Below are positions 23,320 to 33,166 of a stretch of 42,602 nucleotides of DNA, piece by piece. The translations under genes and the position numbers were made by a program. Below the pieces are notes generated by a model. The model saw only the letters and a program-made list of their open reading frames with translations. It was not told the DNA's origin and searched no databases. Positions within the stretch are counted from its first letter, which is position 1; the number at the start of each line of letters is the position of its first letter. The stretch comes from a virus (taxonomy: Duplodnaviria; Caudoviricetes), in the IMG/VR virus record IMGVR_UViG_3300045771_000059, positions 1 through 42,602 of that record; one strand, written 5' to 3'.

Positions 23320-26300
23320 CTACCGATGCTTGCGAGACAGTTGCGAGCGTCCGTAGCTATCGGTGTAGCCACCAGCCACCGCATAAGTCACATCGACGAT
23401 CTGCGGCATCGAGTAAACCGACACCGGATGCCCGGCCGGGACAATCGGCCGCGTCCCAATCGACACCTGCATCGCCACCAGCGGCGCAGGCAATGTGGCA
23501 AAGATCGCAAATTGCAATTCACCGTTGATTGCCGCAATTACAATCGGCAGGGGCAGGGTTGCGCCGATGATCGCAAATACCTGCTGATAACCCAGCACGA
23601 GACCCGGAATGGCGGTGGCGAATGTCGCGAGCGGGTACGCATCGACCAATGGCGGCAAGAAATACCCGGTCATGCTGGTTGCGGTTTGACCCACGATTAG
23701 CCCACCCGTCACACTGATAACCGTGGTGACGGCCGTGCCGAATACACCTGCCAGATATGTCAGAGCGATGTGGCCCATCGTCCCCAAACCAGTGCTTGCC
23801 GCCTGTCCAACAATGAGGCTGACGATGGGCGATACAGACCCTGCCGTAGCGCGGCTAGCGACCCCGCTCAGAGGCAGTGTGTCACGGGGCTGCATGCCAC
23901 CCACCCGAGCCGTCGCCATGGCGCTAGACAGCCCTATAGTGGTCCCACCAGACCCGAAGGTGGAGATCGGGTGGGTCAGGCCATAGTCTGCCTCGCCAAA
24001 CGCTCCGGCGATTTGGACACCCACCATGGTGGCCAGATTGCCAGCAATTGCCATGGCCGATTCGCCCAGCACCACACTGGGAGTGCTAAACGTGAGCGCG
24101 CCCACTTGTCCAAGCACCGACAGCCCAGCCAACACTGCCTGACTACTCAAGAACAGGCTACCGACATCAGTATCCGCTTCGGCACCGATAACCGCAACTG
24201 TATCCAGTGCGTTCAATGAACCCATCCGGCCCGTAGCGAACAGCGATCCCACATCGACCTGGGCGGCACCCTGCGCGATGGACCCAACCGCACCCGTGGC
24301 CAGGGTCCCGAGCATGCCGAGTCTGAGCGTGTCGAGCAAGCCACCCGATATGGCACTGGCAGCCAATCCGGATACAAGCGCGGTTGGCGCGCCGAACGGT
24401 GTGCTTTCGACCGCGAGGGCGGACAATCCAAGCAGAGGCAGCGTGTCAGCCAGACTGCCGATCCCACCCGTCGCATTGTCCCCAATCACCAAGTCCGTAA
24501 CAATAATGGCTGCCGCGCCGAGACCACCGGTCATGAACTGACCTTGCAGGGTGTGGCTTGGGATTTGTGCCACCACAGCACCCGCCTGAGCCGAAGCCAA
24601 GACCCCAGCCATGCTGATCACCAGCATTGTGCTCAGGAGTCCGGTCTGACCGATCGAAGCGGAACCGACAAGGATACCCAGGCTGGTTCTGGTCAAAGCC
24701 CCCACTTGGCCGAACAACGGCAGCGCAAGCGCCGCTGCATCAGTCTCGGGAACCGACAGACCAAGGAACGCCTGGGCCGACGCGCCCAACATCGTAAATC
24801 CGATCGGCTCAGCAAGGACACCCAAATCAGTCGTGGCAAACACGGCTTGTGCAAGACCGCTCACAATCGAGCCAAGATTCGCGCCACTGACTGTTGCGAT
24901 CGCCGCAGCGCCGCTCAGAGCGACCAGTTCGACCGAATGGAAGCTTGGTGATCCAAGGACTCCGGTGGCCACACTTTGCAGCGGGTTGATCGTATCGAGC
25001 GGAACAAGATTGCCCGCAGAACCGGTCAGGATGGTGGCATAACTCTGATAGTACAGACTGAAAACCTGCCAGACCACTTGGCCCTGGAACCCAGACGCGG
25101 CTTGCCCACTGAGCGCCTCACGGGCGAACAACGCAAGCGCCCCGATAGCGGTTTGGGCGGCGACACCATTCGGCACCCATTCAGTAATGGTCGCGATACC
25201 CACTTCACCATCGGCACTGACGCTGCCACTGGCGGCGATCGCCGCCAGGAACGTCGGATCGATCGACGCTGTGCCGAACGCCACAATGAGACTGGCATCT
25301 AGCACAATGTCGATCTCATCAACGAGATCGAGCGCAATGCCATTTGCCGAGACGCCATCCATCACGGCTTCATATTCGAAGATCAGGCTGCCAATTTCGC
25401 CATCACCCCCGGCATCGACAACATCAAAATCGGCCGCGTCGATCTCGCCACCGGTATCACCGAGATACCCCGTGCTGAACACGTCACCCATGAAGATCAT
25501 GGTCGTGTTATCATTCGTCGCCGTGCCAATCGCGCCCGCAACGAACACCGCTGATACACTCATCGGGACATCAATGGTGAAGGCAAAATCGCTGATCTGG
25601 CCTGCGGCGAACACACTCATATCAGGCGAAACATCTAGCTCCGCGACCGGATGATGGCTACGAGCATCCGCCCACACGCCTTCGAGATTGACATTCGAAG
25701 CGATAACCCCAACCGCACCCTCGGCAAAAATAACATCGGCCGATTGCGCGGCGAGCAGATACTGCAAGTCGCCGATCTCAGCATCGCCAAAACTCAGCGC
25801 GGCATCGAGAACGATTTGCAGATCGGCAGGCGCGATATCGATGGCGCCCTGCGCGGCAATGGCCGAAGCGTCGAGCGTCAGGTCTATCTCCGTACCCAGC
25901 GAATGGATCATGCCACGGGCATGGGCAAATCCACTGGTCAGAATTATCGTTTCGCTAACGTCGCCGATTGCCGCATCGCTCGACTGGCCATTCAGGAACG
26001 CAGTCGGACTGATCAGGCCAACATCGCCTTCGGCAAACAGACTATCGACCAAACCGATAACCAAGGTGAAGGTGAAATCATTGGTATCGCCTTCCATCCA
26101 TGGAATATCAAACTGATAGAGATTGACCCCCGGCGTGCCATCATTGATCTCGCCATCGCCAGATTGCCCAAGCGTGTCATCAGCATCAGTGGTGGTCGTG
26201 AGATCATCCACGAAACCCAAGGCGAAGGCATTCGAAGACGCAACAGTAACCTGCTCGGTCGCCAACACCCCAAGCACCACAGAGGCCGCAACGAATGGCA

Positions 26301-29300
26301 TGGCGAATTGCAAGTCAGTGGTTGCAAGCGAAATCGCACCACTCGCCACCAGCCCACTCAAGGCTTCAGTCAATGCGGTAGTTACAATCCCAATCGCCGC
26401 TGTGCTAAACGGAACGATCGGGCTAGCGAAGCCTTCCGGTGTCAGGTCTCCGGTATCACCTTCAGTATTAACACCTGTATCGACAAGTCTCGTATCAACG
26501 GTCAGCAGACCTACCGCCCCAGCAGCCTCCTGGCCAACTGTGCTCGGGGTCTGCGAGATCGCAAACGATCCCGCTGTGGCAGTCGCATCAAAGCTGGCGA
26601 TCACAAAAGCGTCCGTGATGATCGCATAGGCGCCTACTGCGCCTGACGCCGTATCGCCGCTCACACCAAAGAAGGTGCTGATCGCGGCACTCCCATTCGC
26701 AGCAGTCGCGTTCACCCCGGATAGGAATACCAAGAATGCGGTTGAAGCGATTCCAATCGCACTGATTGCCGATACGCCCAGCGGCTGAGCCGAAATCAAA
26801 CGTGTATCGAACAGACCAATTGCCGAAGTGGCCGCCGCAAACGGACTGAGATCATCGACCTCAGGGATCGGCACTCCAATGGACGCGGCGCTTTGCACGC
26901 CACTGAGACCCACCAGGAAGCTGGTCGTCAGCAGGCCAGTTGCGCCTGTGGCGGCGCTGCTTCCAGTGACCGAAACGCGGCCGATTGTCAGGCCACATGC
27001 GGCGATGCCAAAGGCGCCAAGAATGAAGATCGGGTCCCTGGTGACACCTGTGCCATACACACCCGTCAAGGCAGCGGCCACAGCCCCATAAGCAGGCCCT
27101 ACGGCACCGGTAGCAAAATCCGCCAGCGGATTGGCCGTGGCTGTTGTGGTAAACACCCCCACCACCCCACTGCCCGAAACTCCGAGCGGCACGGCCGATA
27201 CCCAAGCGATGGCCAGTCCGACCCCGGTGGTGGCATTGACGCCCGCGAGTTGAATCTGAGGGATTGAAATCAGCAGACCAACCGTTCCAGTCGCAAATAC
27301 CATGCCGCCTGTGGCATCGACCTCGTTGGAAAGCGAGCCCACTGCGCCTGAGGCTGCGGGTCCAGCGATGATCCCACCCGCATCAATGCGGCCAAACGGT
27401 ATCCCAACCGCACCCGACCCGGCAACTCCCGTATCGACAAGACTGAGGACAGTGGTCTCTACACCGACCACACCCAGACTGGATACCCCAGTCAGCACAC
27501 TGGTTTGCAGACCGGCTGGGGCACCGACAAAGCCCGCGCCAAAATCACCGATCACATTTGGCTGGACAGCCGGAACTCCGATGCCTGGGGTGCCGGTGGC
27601 AAAGACCCCACCCACAATGATGCTGAGGGCCACAGAGAGGGCGCCAGGAGCCGCGAGCGCGTTCACCCCACCGACATTCGGCGCGACACTCGGCACGCCG
27701 CTGGCGACCGCTCCCAGGGCCGCTATGCCGGTGTCTGTGGCGAACCCAGACAGGGCGAATCCCCCTGGCGCCGAAATGCCGCTCGCGCCGGGCAATGCCC
27801 CTGTGCTGAGAGCCGAAGTTTCGGTCGTTACCTGACCTGATGCAAAAACCCCGACCGGGAACGACGATGGGCCAGGGATCGGTATCCCCACGATGCCGAT
27901 CGCGCTATCGCCCTGCACCCCGATCAGGAAGAATGTCGTGGGGAGACCCACCGCGCCGGAGGCAAAGACACCAGTCGGCTGGCCGGTCTGAATATCCGAA
28001 AGCTGACCTGGAACGCCGGTCGCGATAGCATTGCCCAAGGTGAGCGCCGCAACGGAGGGGATAAGCAGCCCCACAGCACCGGTCGCCACATCCCCCACCA
28101 TTCCAAACGTGAAGGTGAAGGTCGAGACCCCGACAGCGCCAGTTGAAAACACCCCGAGTGGGAAGGCGAATACAGAACCGATCGGGGTGCCAGTCGCTGC
28201 AACCGCGTTTTGTCCGGCAATCGCAATATTGAACTGGGTCGTGGCGATGCCGGGCGAAGCAGTGCCATAAACGCCAATCGTTCCATCGGTAAAACTAATC
28301 GCGAAGGCACCGACCGCATTGGAGGCGAATACACCAGCCGGAGTAGCGGAAACTTTCGCGATGGCGAGACCCACGGCTCCGGAGGCGCTCACGCCGACAC
28401 TCGAAGTTGCCGCATCCACCCGTGTCGAGGTGGTACCGACCGACCCGTTATCCGCCGAACCCGATGCGCCAAACAACATGCCAGCTTGCACAAAGCCGCT
28501 AAACGCACTGCCAAACAGGCCCGTGATGACGCCCGTGAATACCGAGGTCAGGGCCGAGGTTTCCGATTGCAGTTCGGCCGACGAAAGCACACGCGGCCAG
28601 TAGCGCATCCGCTGGATATGGCCGTCGAGGGCAAAGCTCCCGGTATTGCTCTGCGCGCCGATATCCAATGTGGTGATCGTCGGAACTGCGACCCCGGCAC
28701 CACTGCCATTCACGCCAGCTACGCTATAGGCCACTGTCGAAGCGGAATAGCTGAACGCCGCAGGGATGGTGCCGCTTAACGGGACGACATTGTTGGCTGA
28801 ATAAAGGCCGGACGCCCCGGACACTTCAAACGCCACCCGAGCCGTCGCGCCGATATAGGCATTGATGACTGGCGTGCCATTGTTATTCAGCGAGAAGAAC
28901 ATGTAATTGCTGTCGGACAGCGTGGCGTCTTCAAACGTGACCTGTGACGCAAACGAGCCGACTGCACTATTGAACCAGCCACTAACCGGCATGGAAAGCG
29001 AATCAAAGCCTCGGATCGCGACGCCGGGCGAGCCAGCCGGAGGCAGAATGGCCGAGGTGACGAACGGACCGATTTCGATCTGCGGCTCAGCGATATCCAA
29101 CGTGAAGTCATACGCTGTGTTGGCCGTTGTATAGATGATAATCCCGGCACTTGGCAGATGGAACGGAGACGACCCACTGGCAGGCGTGGTTTGGGTATTC
29201 GTATAGCGGGTCAGGGTCGAGGTCAATGCGGCGCCGGTCGAAGGCTGGCTGTCAACCACCACCGCATTCAGATTATTGAATAGCTGGCCCCAAAACAGCG

Positions 29301-32300
29301 TGCTCAAGCCGCTCAGTGATCCAGCATGGAGCGCCATGTAGAGACTCTGCGTATAGGTGGCAGAGTATCCAAGACCACTGAGAATGGCACCGCTGTTTTC
29401 GAAGTAGACCAACGTCACACTGTTCGAGGCGCTGGTCGTGCCAAAAAACCGGACACGAAAGCAATTGATCCCGTTGATCGTGACCGTGCCCAGGACTTGC
29501 TGGGTCAGCCCCGGAGAGATGCCAATACCCCAGTCGGTTGGAATCGTTCCCGGCGTCCCTGCGACGATCCCTTCGGCGCGCGGGTTTCTGATGTAGTTGG
29601 TGCGGGTTTCTTCGACCAGCAGCCCTTGCAGGAGCAATGTCGTGGGATTGTAATCGAAACGCGGAACGTTCGCGCCCGCTGTTTGCTGCGTCCCGGTGAG
29701 ATCGAAATAGGTCGCTGTCGCGCCAGTGCGCGCGAACCCGATCCTCGGATCGAGCAAGCCGGACAGAAAGTTGAAATCAAGCGTCGTGTCGGTCGAACTG
29801 GCGAGCGCGGACACGCCCGAAATGATTCCGCTCGGCACGAGCGTCAACGAACCGATTGCGGAGGTGGCGGAGGCTCCGGCAAGCGTGCCGGTGGCAATGC
29901 TCAGCGTCTCACTGGTGGCATCACCACTCAGCAGAAGCTGAGAGGTCGGGAGGACACGCGGCCAGTAGCGCAAGCGCCGCACATAGCCATTGAGATAGTT
30001 ACCGGTTCCGCACGAGCCGACCGTCAAGCGGGTCAGCAACCCGGCGACATTATGCGCAGGGATGGCCGTAAAGCCTGCAACCCCGTTCAATGCCGAGTAC
30101 ATGGTAGACGCATTGACCACGAAACCGGCTTTATTGGATACGCCGATATTGGATGTGCCAAGCGTGCCAGCCGCATCGGTAATATTGCTGCTATAGAAAT
30201 CCCCCGCCACAACGATCGCGCTGCTCGGGTTCACGTTCATAGCAAACCGATTATTAAAGGTCCCATCATCGAGTTCGAACAAACCGGCATAGCCAGTATC
30301 AGTCGCGGTGGCCTTGATGAATTCGACCTCGACGGAAGTTGCCGCCGAACTATACCAGCCCGTGGTAGGCATGCTCACAAGCTCGGCTGCACGCGACGAT
30401 GCCGCAGGCGACCCCGCTGTTGGTAGGATCAGCGAAGTCGGGAATAGCCCTAGTTCAAGTTGCGGACCGGCACACCGCAGGGTGAAATCGAGCGCCAGTC
30501 CCGAGGTGACACCCAGCAGGAGGTAGGTATAAATCGTCGCCGTGGTGGCCGATTGTAGCGTCCGCGTGGCCGATACGCGCTGGCTGGTCAGACCGACATT
30601 GGTCGGCGTCGCCACACTATAGGACTGACCTGAAAGGAAAGTCCCGCCCGAATTGTTTTCCGCAAACACCAATCCGGGCGGGCTGACATTGGTCCAGGCG
30701 CCATTGACCAGCCGCAGATACATCGAAATGGTCCAGTTTTGACCAACTGATGCCGGAGTGGTGAAGAAGCCTTCATTGAAGATGTTGATGACGCCCGTAA
30801 CCGATGGCGTGCCATAGAAACGGACATCACAGAAGGGCAGTCCGTTTTCGACGCCAGTGGCAATGACCTGGGTAGACAGGCCAGTCGCCTGAAATAGCTG
30901 CCAATAGGTTGGGGCCGTTCCCGGTGAGCCGACAACGGCGCCTTCTGCCCGTGGGTTGCGAATTTGGTTCGATCTGGCTTCTTCGACCAACAGCCCGAGC
31001 GGCGCCGCGCCTGTGGTGACCACACTACCAGAAGTCGGAACGAAGGTGTTTGCCGCAGCGAATTGCTCCACTTGGGGTGCAGCGAGCCGGAGCGTAATAT
31101 CGATCGCATCGCCCGAGCCGTGTAAGCAGTTAAAGAAGAAACGCGGCTGCAAATAAGCCACGGTTACATCTGAGGTGATTCCTGTTGCTGTATAGCGGGT
31201 CAGCGTGCTCGTGATGCCGATGTAGATGCCGATGGCTCCGCTTCCATAGCCGCCACTGCTGGTCACATCCCAGAGGAAAATGCCAGTGGCGGCCACATTG
31301 GTGGTTGATCCACCCACCATCGCGGCATAACAACTCATAGTCCATGTTTCGCCCATGGCCGCTGGTATTCCGGTCGCGGTATCCAGGAACACGCTTTCAA
31401 ATTGGCCCGTCGCGGTCCCGAAGAATCGGATGTCGATATATCGCAGACCGTTGATCGTCCCGGTCCCGATAACCTGTTGGGACAGACCGATGGGCAGCGT
31501 GGACCAGTTGTTGGGCAGCGTGCCGGGAGTTCCGCTAACTGCACCAATATTTGTCGAGTTGCGAATCCAGTTGGTAACGACAGACGAAGCGATCGAGCCG
31601 GACGTCAGAACCAAGTTGCCGACCAAAGCGGCGAGTTCGAATTGCGGGGCCGCGATCCGAACGGTGAAATTATAGCTGACCCCATTGCTGTAGTAGATAT
31701 ACAGGCCGGTCCAGACAAACGCGCAGGCTGCATTAGTCGTGGTGTAGGTGGCCGAATAGCGTTGCAAGGAACTGGTGGGTGTGATGTTCGGCGTGGACCC
31801 CTGGGCCAGGAACGAGCCGCTGCTGTTTACCTCGGCTACGATAAACGCCGATCCCGAGGGAAGCGCCCCGCTGATCAGTTGCAGATAAGCCGAACTGGTC
31901 CAGGTCTGGCCGATCGCTGCTGCAATGAAAGTGCTGGTCTCGTAACTGATATTGACGGTCGCGGTCGCGGTCGCAGTTCCGACATAGCTAACATCAATAT
32001 AGGGCAGGCCGTTCGTGGTGCCCGAACCGATGATCGTTGCCGTCAAACCAGTGGCAGTTGCCGGAATGAACCAGTTGGTTGGTGCGGTTCCTGGGGTGCC
32101 TGCTACGGCCCCGACCATGCTTGAATTGCGCAGCCAGTTGGTGACGTTGCCCGCGTTATAGCCGTAATCGATACGGGCAGTGTTGGATGCCGCTGTTTGT
32201 AATGTGCCGGTCGAGTCGAAATAGGTGGCATTCGAAGCACGGGTGGTGGTGAGGCGTGAATCCACCCCGCTTGTGATGAAGTTTAGATCGAGTGCGGTAT

Positions 32301-32451
32301 CCGTTACGCTGCCGGTGGCATACAGCCCGGCAAGCGTCTCTGTTTCAACAGGAACAAACGCACCGATCGCGCCTGTGGCAGATATCCCGGCTACACTGAG
32401 AAAATCAGAGGCAGCATAGGACTGTGAACCGTATGGAGCGGTGCCGTACAT
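23320..32451 (-). CDS. Giant fibre/spike-like virion protein (3043 aa) with lectin/CBM-like modules and a long Gly-Ala-Val-Thr repeat stalk
   Basis: Two ATYFD...GLLVEExRxN...RYWPRVL modules; four NxxRN...GxPGTxPxxW units; then about 1700 aa of GVxAxGAVG-type repeats. Confidence 0.8.
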   Translation of the reverse strand: MYGTAPYGSQSYAASDFLSVAGISATGAIGAFVPVETETLAGLYATGSVTDTALDLNFITSGVDSRLTTTRASNATYFDSTGTLQTAASNTARIDYGYNAGNVTNWLRNSSMVGAVAGTPGTAPTNWFIPATATGLTATIIGSGTTNGLPYIDVSYVGTATATATVNISYETSTFIAAAIGQTWTSSAYLQLISGALPSGSAFIVAEVNSSGSFLAQGSTPNITPTSSLQRYSATYTTTNAACAFVWTGLYIYYSNGVSYNFTVRIAAPQFELAALVGNLVLTSGSIASSVVTNWIRNSTNIGAVSGTPGTLPNNWSTLPIGLSQQVIGTGTINGLRYIDIRFFGTATGQFESVFLDTATGIPAAMGETWTMSCYAAMVGGSTTNVAATGIFLWDVTSSGGYGSGAIGIYIGITSTLTRYTATGITSDVTVAYLQPRFFFNCLHGSGDAIDITLRLAAPQVEQFAAANTFVPTSGSVVTTGAAPLGLLVEEARSNQIRNPRAEGAVVGSPGTAPTYWQLFQATGLSTQVIATGVENGLPFCDVRFYGTPSVTGVINIFNEGFFTTPASVGQNWTISMYLRLVNGAWTNVSPPGLVFAENNSGGTFLSGQSYSVATPTNVGLTSQRVSATRTLQSATTATIYTYLLLGVTSGLALDFTLRCAGPQLELGLFPTSLILPTAGSPAASSRAAELVSMPTTGWYSSAATSVEVEFIKATATDTGYAGLFELDDGTFNNRFAMNVNPSSAIVVAGDFYSSNITDAAGTLGTSNIGVSNKAGFVVNASTMYSALNGVAGFTAIPAHNVAGLLTRLTVGSCGTGNYLNGYVRRLRYWPRVLPTSQLLLSGDATSETLSIATGTLAGASATSAIGSLTLVPSGIISGVSALASSTDTTLDFNFLSGLLDPRIGFARTGATATYFDLTGTQQTAGANVPRFDYNPTTLLLQGLLVEETRTNYIRNPRAEGIVAGTPGTIPTDWGIGISPGLTQQVLGTVTINGINCFRVRFFGTTSASNSVTLVYFENSGAILSGLGYSATYTQSLYMALHAGSLSGLSTLFWGQLFNNLNAVVVDSQPSTGAALTSTLTRYTNTQTTPASGSSPFHLPSAGIIIYTTANTAYDFTLDIAEPQIEIGPFVTSAILPPAGSPGVAIRGFDSLSMPVSGWFNSAVGSFASQVTFEDATLSDSNYMFFSLNNNGTPVINAYIGATARVAFEVSGASGLYSANNVVPLSGTIPAAFSYSASTVAYSVAGVNGSGAGVAVPTITTLDIGAQSNTGSFALDGHIQRMRYWPRVLSSAELQSETSALTSVFTGVITGLFGSAFSGFVQAGMLFGASGSADNGSVGTTSTRVDAATSSVGVSASGAVGLAIAKVSATPAGVFASNAVGAFAISFTDGTIGVYGTASPGIATTQFNIAIAGQNAVAATGTPIGSVFAFPLGVFSTGAVGVSTFTFTFGMVGDVATGAVGLLIPSVAALTLGNAIATGVPGQLSDIQTGQPTGVFASGAVGLPTTFFLIGVQGDSAIGIVGIPIPGPSSFPVGVFASGQVTTETSALSTGALPGASGISAPGGFALSGFATDTGIAALGAVASGVPSVAPNVGGVNALAAPGALSVALSIIVGGVFATGTPGIGVPAVQPNVIGDFGAGFVGAPAGLQTSVLTGVSSLGVVGVETTVLSLVDTGVAGSGAVGIPFGRIDAGGIIAGPAASGAVGSLSNEVDATGGMVFATGTVGLLISIPQIQLAGVNATTGVGLAIAWVSAVPLGVSGSGVVGVFTTTATANPLADFATGAVGPAYGAVAAALTGVYGTGVTRDPIFILGAFGIAACGLTIGRVSVTGSSAATGATGLLTTSFLVGLSGVQSAASIGVPIPEVDDLSPFAAATSAIGLFDTRLISAQPLGVSAISAIGIASTAFLVFLSGVNATAANGSAAISTFFGVSGDTASGAVGAYAIITDAFVIASFDATATAGSFAISQTPSTVGQEAAGAVGLLTVDTRLVDTGVNTEGDTGDLTPEGFASPIVPFSTAAIGIVTTALTEALSGLVASGAISLATTDLQFAMPFVAASVVLGVLATEQVTVASSNAFALGFVDDLTTTTDADDTLGQSGDGEINDGTPGVNLYQFDIPWMEGDTNDFTFTLVIGLVDSLFAEGDVGLISPTAFLNGQSSDAAIGDVSETIILTSGFAHARGMIHSLGTEIDLTLDASAIAAQGAIDIAPADLQIVLDAALSFGDAEIGDLQYLLAAQSADVIFAEGAVGVIASNVNLEGVWADARSHHPVAELDVSPDMSVFAAGQISDFAFTIDVPMSVSAVFVAGAIGTATNDNTTMIFMGDVFSTGYLGDTGGEIDAADFDVVDAGGDGEIGSLIFEYEAVMDGVSANGIALDLVDEIDIVLDASLIVAFGTASIDPTFLAAIAASGSVSADGEVGIATITEWVPNGVAAQTAIGALALFAREALSGQAASGFQGQVVWQVFSLYYQSYATILTGSAGNLVPLDTINPLQSVATGVLGSPSFHSVELVALSGAAAIATVSGANLGSIVSGLAQAVFATTDLGVLAEPIGFTMLGASAQAFLGLSVPETDAAALALPLFGQVGALTRTSLGILVGSASIGQTGLLSTMLVISMAGVLASAQAGAVVAQIPSHTLQGQFMTGGLGAAAIIVTDLVIGDNATGGIGSLADTLPLLGLSALAVESTPFGAPTALVSGLAASAISGGLLDTLRLGMLGTLATGAVGSIAQGAAQVDVGSLFATGRMGSLNALDTVAVIGAEADTDVGSLFLSSQAVLAGLSVLGQVGALTFSTPSVVLGESAMAIAGNLATMVGVQIAGAFGEADYGLTHPISTFGSGGTTIGLSSAMATARVGGMQPRDTLPLSGVASRATAGSVSPIVSLIVGQAASTGLGTMGHIALTYLAGVFGTAVTTVISVTGGLIVGQTATSMTGYFLPPLVDAYPLATFATAIPGLVLGYQQVFAIIGATLPLPIVIAAINGELQFAIFATLPAPLVAMQVSIGTRPIVPAGHPVSVYSMPQIVDVTYAVAGGYTDSYGRSQLSRKHR

Positions 32452-32506
32452 GGCGGCTTAAATCTTTGCTTCGATCATAATTTGGGGCGTACTCGTTTCC
32501 TTCTGG

Positions 32507-32512
32507 TATTTA
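32507..32512 (-). promoter_or_regulatory. Late promoter core TAAATA
   Basis: Lies between a terminator and the giant gene start. Confidence 0.65.
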
Positions 32513-32524
32513 CCCAGCATGACA

Positions 32525-32555
32525 GAAAAGCCCCGAGGTCTTTAGCCTCGGGGCT
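32525..32555 (-). terminator. Rho-independent terminator
   Basis: AGCCCCGAGG-N7-CCTCGGGGCT, then TTTCT on the minus strand, downstream of 32583..33092. Confidence 0.8.
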
Positions 32556-32582
32556 GAATGACTAGCTCATAAGTCTGGGGTT

Positions 32583-33092
32583 TCAGGTGTCGTCTTCGAC
32601 CAGGAACAGAAAGATCGAATTTATCGCGTCGTCCGATAGGGTCTCGGGCAATGCGGGCCACTGAGCCATCGGCAGCCTGCGCAAGGCGAACTCTTGTTCC
32701 TCACGGCCCAACACCTCGATGCGCTTGGTGCGCTCTTGGATGATCTGGCCGATGGTGGGATAAGCGGCGCGCAGCTTGGCCTCGATGGGCGGCAACTTCT
32801 TGGCCAAATTGTCGATCACATAGGCATTGTTTTCGATCAGCGGCTGGCCGGTCGAATCTTTCACCGCGATCTCCTCCAAGGCGGCGATGCGTTCCTGCTC
32901 AAACTTGGCAAGCAACGTATTATCCGCCTCGTCTTCCGGTGTTTTCAACGCCGCTTGATAGGTTTCTTCAGCGGTTTCCAAGACCCGGCGATTATGGGCT
33001 AACAGATAGCCAAACCGAATTTGCCGCGCGATCGGCAGGGTTTGCAAGGTCTTGATCGTTTGTAGTAATTGCAGGGCTTCCGAAATATACAT
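32583..33092 (-). CDS. Helical protein downstream of a fibre gene; possible fibre assembly chaperone
   Basis: 169 aa; GGAG RBS; own late promoter. The function is inferred from position only. Confidence 0.6.
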   Translation of the reverse strand: MYISEALQLLQTIKTLQTLPIARQIRFGYLLAHNRRVLETAEETYQAALKTPEDEADNTLLAKFEQERIAALEEIAVKDSTGQPLIENNAYVIDNLAKKLPPIEAKLRAAYPTIGQIIQERTKRIEVLGREEQEFALRRLPMAQWPALPETLSDDAINSIFLFLVEDDT

Positions 33093-33118
33093 GCTCTCTC
33101 CTGGACTTTAAACGCGGT

Positions 33119-33124
33119 TATTTA
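33119..33124 (-). promoter_or_regulatory. Late promoter core ATAAATA
   Basis: 27 bp upstream of ATG 33092. Confidence 0.65.
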
Positions 33125-33166
33125 TCATGATCTTTAACTGCCCTTTGGACCTACAAGGCGATCATC

